Shown here: piece by piece, positions 37,547 to 46,460 of the stretch | Position numbering within the stretch: the first letter of the stretch is position 1 | Layout of the letters: each line of letters opens with the position of its first letter | Source of the DNA: Gemmatimonadota bacterium | GTDB taxonomy: Bacteria > Gemmatimonadota > Gemmatimonadetes > Gemmatimonadales > Gemmatimonadaceae | DNA length: 55,786 bases | NCBI GenBank assembly: GCA_031372565.1 | Contig: JANMLN010000098.1 | Coordinates: 1-55,786 of the forward strand | Reading direction: 5' to 3' | Made by a program: the position numbers and the translations under genes | Notes under the pieces: generated by a model | Databases searched by the model: none | Told to the model about the DNA's origin: nothing | What the model saw: the letters and a program-made list of their open reading frames with translations, nothing else

Positions 37547-38808
37547 CCTTCGGCCATCGAGCGGAAGAACTCGCGATTGTTGCGCGTGTGCTCGACGCGC
37601 CGGAGCAGGAACTCGATCGCGTCGTACTCGTCCATGCCGCCGAGGAAATGACGGAGCAGGAAGACGCGGTTCGCTTCTTCCTTGTCGAACAGGAGATCCT
37701 CGCGTCGCGTCCCCGACTTGCCGATCTGGATGGCGGGATAGATGCGCCGTTCGGCGATCTTGCGGTCGAGGACGAGCTCCATGTTGCCGGTGCCCTTGAA
37801 CTCCTCGAAGATCACCTCGTCCATGCGCGATCCGGTCTCGACGAGCGCGGTCGCGATGATGGTGAGCGAGCCGCCGCCTTCGCAGTTGCGCGCCGAGCCG
37901 AAGAAGCGCTTGGGCCGCTCCATGGCGGTGGCCTCGAACCCGCCCGACATGAGACGCCCACTGTCGCGCGTGACGGCATTGTGCGCCCGTGCGAGGCGGG
38001 TGATCGAGTCGAGGAGAATGATGACGTCCTTGCCCGATTCCACGAGCCGTCGCGCCTTCTCGCTCACCATCTCGGCGACCTGGACGTGGCGCGTGGGCGC
38101 TTCGTCGAAGTTCGACGCGACGATCTCGGCGCCGGGCACGGTGGCGCGGAAGTCCGTGACTTCCTCCGGGCGCTCGTCGATGAGGAGGAGAATGAGCGCG
38201 GCGTCGGGATAGTTGGTGCGGATGGCGTTGGCCATCTTCTGCAGGAGGATCGTCTTGCCGGCGCGCGGCGGGGCGACGATCAGGCCGCGCTGGCCGAAGC
38301 CGAGCGGGGTGACCAGGTCCATGACGCGCATGGAGAGGTCGGGGTCCTTGGGCGTTTCCAGCCGGATGCGCCGATTCGGGTAGATCGGGTGCAGGCTGTC
38401 GAAGGTGGTGCGCTCGGCCGCCTGTGCCGGTGGGAGGCCGTTGATCGAGTCGGCGTCGGCAATGGCGACGAACTTGTCCCACGGCTTCGGGGGCCGGATC
38501 GGGCCGCTCACCTGATCGCCGGTTTTCAGCTTGAGGCGTTTGATGATGTGCGGCGGGACGTAGAGATCCTCGGCAGAGCTCAGGTAGCTGCGTTCGGGTG
38601 ATCGCAGCATGCCGAACCCTTCCTTCACGACTTCGAGCGTGCCGCTGCCCTGGACGACCGTGTCTTCGCGGTGCGGGAGCGCACGCATGACGAGCACGAG
38701 CAGTTCGGCCGGCGTGCGGGTGGCCGCGTCGGCAATGGACAACGACTCGGCGAGCGCCACGAGGTCGGCCACGGAGAGGTGCTTGATGTCGGCGAAGTCG
38801 ACGGTCAT
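37543..38808 (-). CDS. rho: Transcription termination factor Rho
   Basis: '[15 protein letters not shown]', '[11 protein letters not shown]', '[10 protein letters not shown]', '[12 protein letters not shown]'. Confidence 0.95.
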   Translation of the reverse strand: MTVDFADIKHLSVADLVALAESLSIADAATRTPAELLVLVMRALPHREDTVVQGSGTLEVVKEGFGMLRSPERSYLSSAEDLYVPPHIIKRLKLKTGDQVSGPIRPPKPWDKFVAIADADSINGLPPAQAAERTTFDSLHPIYPNRRIRLETPKDPDLSMRVMDLVTPLGFGQRGLIVAPPRAGKTILLQKMANAIRTNYPDAALILLLIDERPEEVTDFRATVPGAEIVASNFDEAPTRHVQVAEMVSEKARRLVESGKDVIILLDSITRLARAHNAVTRDSGRLMSGGFEATAMERPKRFFGSARNCEGGGSLTIIATALVETGSRMDEVIFEEFKGTGNMELVLDRKIAERRIYPAIQIGKSGTRREDLLFDKEEANRVFLLRHFLGGMDEYDAIEFLLRRVEHTRNNREFFRSMAEG

Positions 38809-38959
38809 GCGGGTGCGCCGAGCGGGCTGCGCCGACGAGCGGCCACGGGCCCTGGCATGTGTGCGGGGAGAGGAGGGGCGGTCGCCATGCGTGCAGCGGG
38901 CCCCGGAGGCGTCGAACGAAAGGACGGGCGTCCCGTGAGTGGTGCCAAGTGGGGACGCA

Positions 38960-39033
38960 TGCGCGAGGCGGGATTCGAACCCACGACCTTCGGCTCCGGA
39001 GGCCGACGCTCTATCCAGCTGAGCTACTCGCGC
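38960..39033 (-). tRNA. tRNA-Arg (CCG), CCA not encoded
   Basis: GCGCGAG acceptor stem, TAGCTCAGCTGGATAGAGC D arm, TCGGC-CTCCGGA-GCCGA anticodon arm, GGTTCGAATCC T arm. Confidence 0.96.
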
Positions 39034-39164
39034 GCATTGCGCGGACAAGAGCGGAAGGTAGGGGAGCGGGCGGGAGGGGACAAGGCTGAGGTCCGGCGGA
39101 CGCTCTCCGAACCCTTTGCCAACCGGCACTGTCGCACTGTGGCCCCTTTCCGAAGGTATCGTCC

Positions 39165-40553
39165 ATGACCATGCCACGTCTGCACCAGGTTCGCCTCGCC
39201 GTGTTCGCCCTCACCTGCATGCTCGCGGTGCCCCTTCGGGCGCAGCACTCCGTGGCTCCGCCGTCCGGCGCACCGTCGCCTGTACTCACCTCGGACCAGC
39301 TGCGCGCCGATCTCGCCGCCTTCCGCTCCGAGTTCCTCGGCCGCGACAAGTCGTTCGCGCCCGTGGCACGGACGGAGGCGGAGCGGCGCCTGGCGGCCCT
39401 GGAAGCCGAGACGGAACTGTCGCTCGTGCACGTGGACGTCACGCTCGCGCAGATCGCTGCGCTCGCCGACAACGGGCACACCCACACCGCGGCGGGCGGG
39501 CTTGCCGCGCGCCACAATCGCGTGCCGGTGCGCTTCGCTCCCTTCGGAGGCGAGTTCCGCGTGCTGCGCGCGATGACGCCGCACGCCACGTTGCTCGGCG
39601 CGCGTCTCGTGGCCGTTGAAGGCCATGCGCTCGATGCGCTGCGCGAGGCGGCGCGCAGCATCACGGGCGGCACGGCGGCGTGGCGCGACCGGTTCGCGAA
39701 CGTGGTGTTCGAGAGCCCGGCATTGCTGCACGAACTCCGGCTCGCCGCGTCGCCGCGCGAGGCCACGTACCGGCTGGAGTTGGCCGACGGCCGGCAGATC
39801 GACGTCAGCCTCGTCGGTGAGGCTGGCCGTGCCGACAGTCCCGTCGGGTCGACCGATCGGTGGCTGGCGCCGACGATGCTCGCGGCGGAGGGCGACGCGT
39901 GGCGCACGCTGCTCGTGGCGGGCACCGAGCCCTGGGCGCTGCAGGACCCGGCGCGTCCCTTCCGGTGGCGCATGGCGCCGGAGATTGGCGGCGTCGTTCT
40001 GCAGCTGCGGATGACCACCGATGCTCCCACGGAGAAGCTCAGGGATGCGCTGGCTGCGATGCGCGAGGCGATCGTGGCGGCGCACCCAGTGAACGTGGTG
40101 CTCGACATGCGGCATAACGGCGGCGGCGACCTCAACAAAGCGCGCGATTTCATGAAGGCGCTCCCCGGGCTCGTGACGGGCCGCGTGTTCGTGCTCACGA
40201 GTCCGTGGACCTTCTCGGCGGCCATCTCGAGCGTCGGATACCTCAAGCAGGCGGCGCCTGACAAGGTCGTGATTGTGGGCGAGGACGTAGGCGATCGATT
40301 GATGTTCTGGGCGGAGGGCCGCCCTGTGACGCTGCCCAATTCCGGGGTGCGGATCGGACTGGCCACGCAGCGACACGACTACCAGACGGGGTGCAAGGGA
40401 TTCACGGACTGTCACGGGAATGTGGTGTTCTTCCCGATTGCGGTGCCGAGTCTGGCGCCGCAGATCGCTGCACCGTGGACGTTCCAGGCATATGCGGCTG
40501 GGCGAGATGCCGGGATGGAGGCGGTGATCGGGGCGGTCGCGGTGACGCCGTGA
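39165..40553 (+). CDS. Exported S41-peptidase-like protein
   Basis: Signal peptide; 'NGHT', 'VLDMRHNGGG', 'TFSAA', 'IVGE'. Confidence 0.7.
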   Translation: MTMPRLHQVRLAVFALTCMLAVPLRAQHSVAPPSGAPSPVLTSDQLRADLAAFRSEFLGRDKSFAPVARTEAERRLAALEAETELSLVHVDVTLAQIAALADNGHTHTAAGGLAARHNRVPVRFAPFGGEFRVLRAMTPHATLLGARLVAVEGHALDALREAARSITGGTAAWRDRFANVVFESPALLHELRLAASPREATYRLELADGRQIDVSLVGEAGRADSPVGSTDRWLAPTMLAAEGDAWRTLLVAGTEPWALQDPARPFRWRMAPEIGGVVLQLRMTTDAPTEKLRDALAAMREAIVAAHPVNVVLDMRHNGGGDLNKARDFMKALPGLVTGRVFVLTSPWTFSAAISSVGYLKQAAPDKVVIVGEDVGDRLMFWAEGRPVTLPNSGVRIGLATQRHDYQTGCKGFTDCHGNVVFFPIAVPSLAPQIAAPWTFQAYAAGRDAGMEAVIGAVAVTP

Positions 40554-40559
40554 GTGGCG

Positions 40560-40792
40560 TGTCACGCTGAGCCATCTGTCATCCTGAGCGCAGCGAAGGA
40601 TCTGCTTGTGCAGTTCGGCGCGGGAAAGCAGGTCCTTCGCTGCGCTCAGGATGACAACAAAAGCAGGTCCTTCGCTGCGCTCAGGATGACAACGAAGCAG
40701 GTCCTTCGCTGCGCTCAGGACGACAACGAAGCAGGTCCTTCGCTGCGCTCAGGACGACAACGAAGCAGGTCCTTCGCTGCGCTCAGGACGAC
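40560..40792. repeat. Palindromic repeat cluster: half copy, forward copy 40577-40607, 18-bp spacer, five tandem reverse copies (40626, 40661, 40695, 40729, 40763)
   Basis: AAGCAGGTCCTTCGCTGCGCTCAGGA(C/T)GAC with 4-5 bp linkers. Confidence 0.95.
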
Positions 40793-40799
40793 GGCGAGG

Positions 40800-40828
40800 T
40801 TGACAGCGGTGTCCGGGCGCGTCATGCT
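40800..40828 (+). promoter_or_regulatory. Sigma70 promoter for a leaderless transcript
   Basis: TTGACA-17bp-CATGCT-6bp-ATG(40835). Confidence 0.55.
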
Positions 40829-40834
40829 CCCACG

Positions 40835-42175
40835 ATGCCCCGCCTCACCACGCTTCTCCTGCTGCTCGCGGTCGCGGCCTGCGGCGGCACCGACGCCCCG
40901 AACGCCGGCATGGCGCCCTCGGGCGTGACCAGTGTCGCGCGCATCCAATCGCAGGTGTTCGCCAAGTCGTGCACCTTTTCGTCGTGTCACGTGACCGGCG
41001 GCTCGGGCGCGATTGCCACGGGCATGGTGCTCACCAACGACAGCGCCGTGCTCGCCCTCGTGAACAAGCTGCCGGCCAACGGCAACGCGATCGCGGCCGG
41101 GATGAAGATCATCGTGCCCGGCAAGCCGGACTCGAGCTTTCTCTACGTCAAGCTGCGGCTGGACACCGTGCACCACGGTGGGGCACTCGGCGCGCTCATG
41201 CCGAGTGGTGGCTTCGGGATTCCGCTCGGGCAGATCGAGTACATCCGGCGGTGGATTCTCGCAGGCGCCCCCGCGCAGGGCGATGCGATCGACACGACGC
41301 TCCTGCTCGACCGGGTGCCGAGCACGACAGGACCCGCGTACGCCGCGCTGACGCCGCCGCCGCAAGGCGTGCAGATGGGGATCAGCTCCTTCTCGGTCAA
41401 CCCCGCGTTCGAGCGTGAACTGTTCACGTATCGCACGTTGAGCAACGCAGCACCGCTGTTCGTGAACCGGATCCAGACGTCGATGCGGTTCGGGAGCCAC
41501 CATCTCGTGCTGTATGCGTTCGCGCCCGGAACGCCGTCGTCGATGATCCCGGCGGCGAACACGACGCGTGACTTGCGGACGGCCACCGGGTCGCTCAACC
41601 CGGTCACGACGGCGGCGATGGCGTTCCACGTCTTTCTCGCCGGGTCGCAGGCCACCACGAGCGATTACACCTTTCCGGCTGGAACCGCGTTGGTGCTGCC
41701 CTCGAATGCCGGGATCGACCTCAACTCGCACTACGTGAACCCGACGGCGGGATCGATCAGCGGCGAGGCGACGGTCAACCTGCACACGGTCGACTCGACG
41801 ACGGTGACGCGCCGCGCCTACACGCTGAACCTGAACAACCTCAGCATCCTCGTGCCGCAGGGCCGCGACACGACGATCGTTCGGACGTTCCCGGTGGCGC
41901 AGCGGACCAACGTCTTCATGCTGACGTCACACATGCACGCGCGCGGCACGCGGTTCGTGATCAAGATCGCCGGTGGTGCGCGCAATGGCGAAGTCGTCTA
42001 CACGAACACCGACTGGGCGCACCCCGCCACGATCACCTTTGCGACGCCGATCGTGCTGCAGGCGGGGGAGGGGCTGACGTCCGAGGTGTCGTATCGCGGC
42101 GACCCGTCGCGCACGGTGTATTTCGGGCTCACGAGCCAGGACGAGATGGGGATCATCTTCGGGTACGCCTGGTAG
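40835..42175 (+). CDS. Lipoprotein with cytochrome-c-like CxxxxCH region and PHM-like copper monooxygenase domain
   Basis: Lipobox 'VAAC'; 'CTFSSCH..LMP'; 'SHH', 'NSHY', 'SHMH', 'DEM'. Confidence 0.7.
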   Translation: MPRLTTLLLLLAVAACGGTDAPNAGMAPSGVTSVARIQSQVFAKSCTFSSCHVTGGSGAIATGMVLTNDSAVLALVNKLPANGNAIAAGMKIIVPGKPDSSFLYVKLRLDTVHHGGALGALMPSGGFGIPLGQIEYIRRWILAGAPAQGDAIDTTLLLDRVPSTTGPAYAALTPPPQGVQMGISSFSVNPAFERELFTYRTLSNAAPLFVNRIQTSMRFGSHHLVLYAFAPGTPSSMIPAANTTRDLRTATGSLNPVTTAAMAFHVFLAGSQATTSDYTFPAGTALVLPSNAGIDLNSHYVNPTAGSISGEATVNLHTVDSTTVTRRAYTLNLNNLSILVPQGRDTTIVRTFPVAQRTNVFMLTSHMHARGTRFVIKIAGGARNGEVVYTNTDWAHPATITFATPIVLQAGEGLTSEVSYRGDPSRTVYFGLTSQDEMGIIFGYAW

Positions 42176-42195
42176 GCGGGGTGGGCGCAGAAGAA

Positions 42196-42290
42196 GAAGG
42201 ACCTGCTTGTCGTCGCCTTGAGCGAGAAAAGCAGGTCCTTCACTTCGTTCAGGACGACAGAAGCAGGTCCTTCACTTCGTTCAGGACGAC
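42196..42290. repeat. Palindromic repeat cluster between convergent genes: partial forward copy and two reverse variant copies (42229, 42261)
   Basis: AAGCAGGTCCTTCACTTCGTTCAGGACGAC x2. Confidence 0.9.
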
Positions 42291-42291
42291 G

Positions 42292-43668
42292 TCAGACTGC
42301 GTCGCTCAAACTCGTGAAGTTGAAATCCCGGCAGCGGATCGGCGGCATCACGATGGCCGGGCCCGCATTGCCGCTCTCGCTCGCACTCACGCGCTCGGGC
42401 CGGCCCAATGCCTCGAGGTTGTTGAGCATGAAGATCGGTGACTCGTTGTAGCGCAGGTTCTTGACCGCCTTGGTCACCTTGCCGTTCTCGATCAGGAAGG
42501 TGCCGTCGCGCGTGAGCCCGGTGTACAGGATCGTGCGCGCATCCACCGGGCGGATGTACCAGAAGCGGGTCACGAGCAACCCGCGCGTCACGCCGGCAAT
42601 CAACTGCTCGATCGTCTCCGTGCCGCCCGACATCTTGAGCGTGCCGCCCGCCGCCCCGGTGGGCTCCTTGCCCTTCTGCTTGGCCCAGTACCGGTCGTAG
42701 TTCAGGTTCTTGACGACGCCGTTCTCGATCCACGTCACGGCCCGCGTCGGCTGCCCTTCGCCGTTGAATGGCGCGCCCAGCGTCTCCGGATCGTACGGGT
42801 CCGACACGAGGGTCACGCGCTCATCGACCACCTTCTCGCCGATCTTCGTTCCACCGCCGGGCTTCGTGAAGAACGACCGCCCCTCGTCCGCATTGCGTGC
42901 GCCGACCGCGCCCGCAATCAGCTGGACAAGGTTGCCCACCGCCGTCGGCTCGAGCACCACGGTGTAGCGCCCCGGCTCGATCGCCACGGCGTTCACCGAC
43001 CGCTTGGCCTTCTCGATGGCCCGCGCGCCGAGCGCGGCGGCGTCGATCCGGCTCGCATCGTTCGACGATCCACCGGCCCAGCCCGATCCCTGGCCGTCGG
43101 GGGTGCGCACCGTCGTGGTCAGCGCCACATCGGTGTCGCGGTTGTACGCGAACAGCCCCTTCGAGTTGGCGATCGCGTTCGCGGTCACGCGCGTCTCGAG
43201 GTAGCCCGTGCTCACGAGACTGGCCGCGCGCGCGGCGTCCGTCACCTTGGCCGTCATCGCGGCGCGCGAGCCCGGCTCGAGCCGCGCCGTCGCCTCGGAA
43301 TAGCCGCGCCCTTCCTGATACTGCTGCGGGTCAAGCTCCGGCATCAGCTCCGGATCTTCAGGGCTCAACTTGGCCAGCCGCTCGGAGTTCTCGACGACCG
43401 CCCGGAGGCCGGCGTCATCCAGCCGGTTGGTGCTCGTGCTGCCCACGCGCTTGCCCATGACGCTCCGCACCGTGATGGTCAGGTCGTGCGAGTCGCCCGC
43501 CGTGGACACCTGATTGACGGCGAAGCGCGTGTTGCCGCGTTCGGTCGAGTTGATGATCACGCGCGCTTCGGTCGCGGTGCTCATGGCCAGGATCTTCTTC
43601 GCGAGCGCCTGCGCGTCGTCGCGCGAGATCACGCGCGCATCGTCCAGCATCGAGATGGGGCGGCTCAT
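42292..43668 (-). CDS. TldE/PmbA-like subunit (copy 1)
   Basis: 'GRYTVVLEP', 'IENGV', 'TGLTRDGTFLIENG..NLRYNES'; no HExxxH; coupled to TldD. Confidence 0.88.
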   Translation of the reverse strand: MSRPISMLDDARVISRDDAQALAKKILAMSTATEARVIINSTERGNTRFAVNQVSTAGDSHDLTITVRSVMGKRVGSTSTNRLDDAGLRAVVENSERLAKLSPEDPELMPELDPQQYQEGRGYSEATARLEPGSRAAMTAKVTDAARAASLVSTGYLETRVTANAIANSKGLFAYNRDTDVALTTTVRTPDGQGSGWAGGSSNDASRIDAAALGARAIEKAKRSVNAVAIEPGRYTVVLEPTAVGNLVQLIAGAVGARNADEGRSFFTKPGGGTKIGEKVVDERVTLVSDPYDPETLGAPFNGEGQPTRAVTWIENGVVKNLNYDRYWAKQKGKEPTGAAGGTLKMSGGTETIEQLIAGVTRGLLVTRFWYIRPVDARTILYTGLTRDGTFLIENGKVTKAVKNLRYNESPIFMLNNLEALGRPERVSASESGNAGPAIVMPPIRCRDFNFTSLSDAV

Positions 43669-45290
43669 GCCTGCCTCCCGGTGTTGATCACGTTGATCTG
43701 CTTGTGGCGCGTCGGGACGCAGCCATGGCTGACCGCGTTCGACTGCGCCGGCTGTCCCTTGCCGTCGCCGAAGGCGCCACCCAACTGGTACGACGACTTC
43801 CCGCCCAGCATGTCGAGCGCCCCCCAGAACTCCGGCGTGCGCATCTGGTACGCCACATCCTTGAGCATCCCGACGATCTTGCCTCCCTTGATCTCGTAGT
43901 ACAGCTGCCCGCCGAACTGCGCGTTGTAGCGCTGCTGGTCGATCGAGAACGAGCCGTCGCCGATGATCGCGATCCCCTTGTCGGTGGCCGCGATGATGTC
44001 CTCCCAGCTCGTGTCCTTCTCGCCCGGAAGCAGGTTCACGTTCGGCATCCGCTGGAACTGCACGTCCGCCCACGACTGCGCGTACGAGCAGCCGTGCGAG
44101 CGCGTCGGCCGCTTCGTGGACTTGTAGTAGCTGTCGAGCCAGAGCGCCTGTTCACGCGTCGTCTGGTAGTCCACGAACACGCCGTTCTTGATGATGTCGA
44201 ACGACTCCGGCACCACGCCGTCGTCATCCCAGCCGCAGGCCGCGAGCGAGCCCGGCTGCGAGCGATCACCGCGGATGTTCATGAGCGGCGAGCCGAACTT
44301 GAGCTTGCCCAGCACCTTCTCGGGCGGAAACACGAAGCTCGTGCCCGCATAATTGGCTTCGTACCCCATCGCGCGGTCCAGCTCGGTGGGGTGCGCCACG
44401 CTCTCGTGGATCGTCAGCCACAGGTGCGACGGGTGCAGCACGAGGTCGTAGCGCCCCACCTCCACCGGCTTGGCCGAGATCTTCTCGACGGCCTGCTCCG
44501 CCCACTTGGTGGCGTTCTCGACGAGCTTGGCCTCGAGCACATGCTCGTAGCCACGCCCCATCGGCGCGATGTCGTTGCTCTGCCGAGTCTGGAAATCCTT
44601 GAAGTCCTTCGACACGGCCGTCACCGTCATGCTCGGCTGCGTGCGGATGATCGTCTGCGCAACGAGCGTCCCCTCGGTGTTCGCGTACGTCTTCTCGTCC
44701 TTCAGGAAGAACATCGACGAGTTCACGAACCGCGCCTGCGGCACCTTGAGCGCCGCCTCGTTGGCCGCGAGCAGCAGCGCCACCTTGTCCTCGACCGCGA
44801 CCGTGAACGGATCGATCTTCGCGTCGCTCCGCCAAGTCCCCTTCTGGTTGCCCGGCGCGGGCGCGAGCGTCACCGGCTTGCGGCCGGGCGCCTTGTTCGC
44901 CTTCGCCTGCGCGACGGCCTGTCGCGCCACGCGGGTGACCGCATCGGGCGAGAGTTCACTCGTGGCCGCAAAGCCCCACGACCCGTCCACCAGCACGCGC
45001 ACGCCGATGCCGAACGTCTCGTTGTCCGAGAGGCCGCCGACCCGACGCTCGCGCGTGAAGATCGTCTGCACGCGACCCAGGCTGATGCGTGCGTCGGCGT
45101 ACGAGGCGCCGGACGCCTTGGCCGCGTCCAGCGCCTTGGCCAGGAGCTCGTTGACGGCTGGATCCCCCGGCGAGGGGGGCACGACGAGGCGCGAGGCGCG
45201 CTCGGCGGCGTCCGCGCGCGTGCCCGCCAAGGCGAGCGCCGCTGCGGCGGCAGAGGTGGTGCGGACGAAATCCCGGCGACTGGTCGACAC
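43665..45290 (-). CDS. TldD-family metalloprotease with Tat signal (copy 1)
   Basis: 'SRRDFV' Tat motif; 'HESVAHPTE'; 'QRMPN'. Confidence 0.9.
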   Translation of the reverse strand: MSTSRRDFVRTTSAAAAALALAGTRADAAERASRLVVPPSPGDPAVNELLAKALDAAKASGASYADARISLGRVQTIFTRERRVGGLSDNETFGIGVRVLVDGSWGFAATSELSPDAVTRVARQAVAQAKANKAPGRKPVTLAPAPGNQKGTWRSDAKIDPFTVAVEDKVALLLAANEAALKVPQARFVNSSMFFLKDEKTYANTEGTLVAQTIIRTQPSMTVTAVSKDFKDFQTRQSNDIAPMGRGYEHVLEAKLVENATKWAEQAVEKISAKPVEVGRYDLVLHPSHLWLTIHESVAHPTELDRAMGYEANYAGTSFVFPPEKVLGKLKFGSPLMNIRGDRSQPGSLAACGWDDDGVVPESFDIIKNGVFVDYQTTREQALWLDSYYKSTKRPTRSHGCSYAQSWADVQFQRMPNVNLLPGEKDTSWEDIIAATDKGIAIIGDGSFSIDQQRYNAQFGGQLYYEIKGGKIVGMLKDVAYQMRTPEFWGALDMLGGKSSYQLGGAFGDGKGQPAQSNAVSHGCVPTRHKQINVINTGRQA

Positions 45291-45435
45291 GGTCTTCCCC
45301 GATGCAAGGTGGAGGGTCGGGCCCGCCGTGAGAAACCATTCCCGGCCAGCCTCGTTCTAATTCAGACAGGACATCATACAACGCTTCCGGGCCCGGCGGC
45401 GGTGTGTTGCCGCGTCCACCCCCCACCGTTCTCGG

Positions 45436-46458
45436 GTGCGCGCCCGGCGCCCTCCGCCCGCCGCCCCCGACCGCGATACCCTCATCGCCGCCGCCGCCCG
45501 ACTCCGCACGGAAGTGCAGAAGCGCATCGTGGGGCAGGGGGCCGTGCTCGATGAGCTTCTCATGGCCATCCTCGCCGGAGGCCATGCCCTCCTCGTGGGT
45601 GTCCCGGGTCTCGCCAAGACGCTCATGATCAAGTCGGTCGCCGAGGCGATGCGCCTCGACTTCCGCCGGATCCAGTTCACCCCCGATCTCGTGCCGAGCG
45701 ACATCACGGGCACGGAGATCATGGAGGAGGACTCGGCCACCGGGCACCGCGGCTTCCGGTTCATGCGCGGGCCGATCTTCGCGAACATCGTGCTGGCCGA
45801 CGAGATCAACCGTACGCCGCCGCGCACGCAGGCGGCGCTGCTCGAGGCGATGCAGGAGCATCGCGTCACGGCCGCCGGCGAAACGATGCGCCTGCCCGAG
45901 CCCTTCTTCGTGCTCGCCACGCAGAACCCGATCGAGCAGGAAGGCACCTATCCGCTGCCCGAAGCGCAGTTGGACCGCTTCCTGTTCGACATCCGCATCG
46001 ACTATCCGGACGAAGAGGCCGAAGTCGCGATCCTGCGCGCCACCACGGGCGCGACGCAGGCCCCACTCTCCCCGGTACTCGAGGGCCACGAGGTGCTCGC
46101 GCTGCAGCGGCTGGTGCGCGACCTGCCCGCCGCCGATCCGGCGCTGCGCTATGCCGCCGCGCTCGTGCGCGCCACGCGCCCCGACGATCCACGTGCCCCC
46201 GCGGCCGTGAAGCAGTACGCGCGCTGGGGGGCTGGACCGCGCGCCGGGCAGGCGCTGATCCTCGGCGCCAAGGCGCATGCGCTGCTCGATGGGCGCCACG
46301 CCGTGAGTCCCGACGATATCCGGCGCGTGGCGCTGCCGGTGCTCCGGCATCGCATCCTCCCGAATTTCGCCGCCGAAGCGGAGGGTATCGGCCCGGAACG
46401 GCTCGTGCGCGACGTCCTCGCCGGCGTCGCGCCGCCCGAGGGCGGCGTCCGGATCTGA
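45436..46458 (+). CDS. MoxR-family AAA+ ATPase
   Basis: 'GVPGLAKT', 'RIQFTPDL.PSD', 'DEINR', 'ATQNPIEQEGTYPLPEAQLDRF'. Confidence 0.93.
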   Translation: MRARRPPPAAPDRDTLIAAAARLRTEVQKRIVGQGAVLDELLMAILAGGHALLVGVPGLAKTLMIKSVAEAMRLDFRRIQFTPDLVPSDITGTEIMEEDSATGHRGFRFMRGPIFANIVLADEINRTPPRTQAALLEAMQEHRVTAAGETMRLPEPFFVLATQNPIEQEGTYPLPEAQLDRFLFDIRIDYPDEEAEVAILRATTGATQAPLSPVLEGHEVLALQRLVRDLPAADPALRYAAALVRATRPDDPRAPAAVKQYARWGAGPRAGQALILGAKAHALLDGRHAVSPDDIRRVALPVLRHRILPNFAAEAEGIGPERLVRDVLAGVAPPEGGVRI

Positions 46459-46460
46459 GG

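Noticed and set aside
38960..39033. tRNA-Arg as an integration site
   Set aside because: No integrase and no duplicated tRNA 3' end found; rho follows directly.
40626..40792. Five 30-bp repeats resembling a CRISPR array
   Set aside because: Linkers are only 4-5 bp and nearly identical, there are no cas genes, and the same unit is dispersed elsewhere as inverted pairs.
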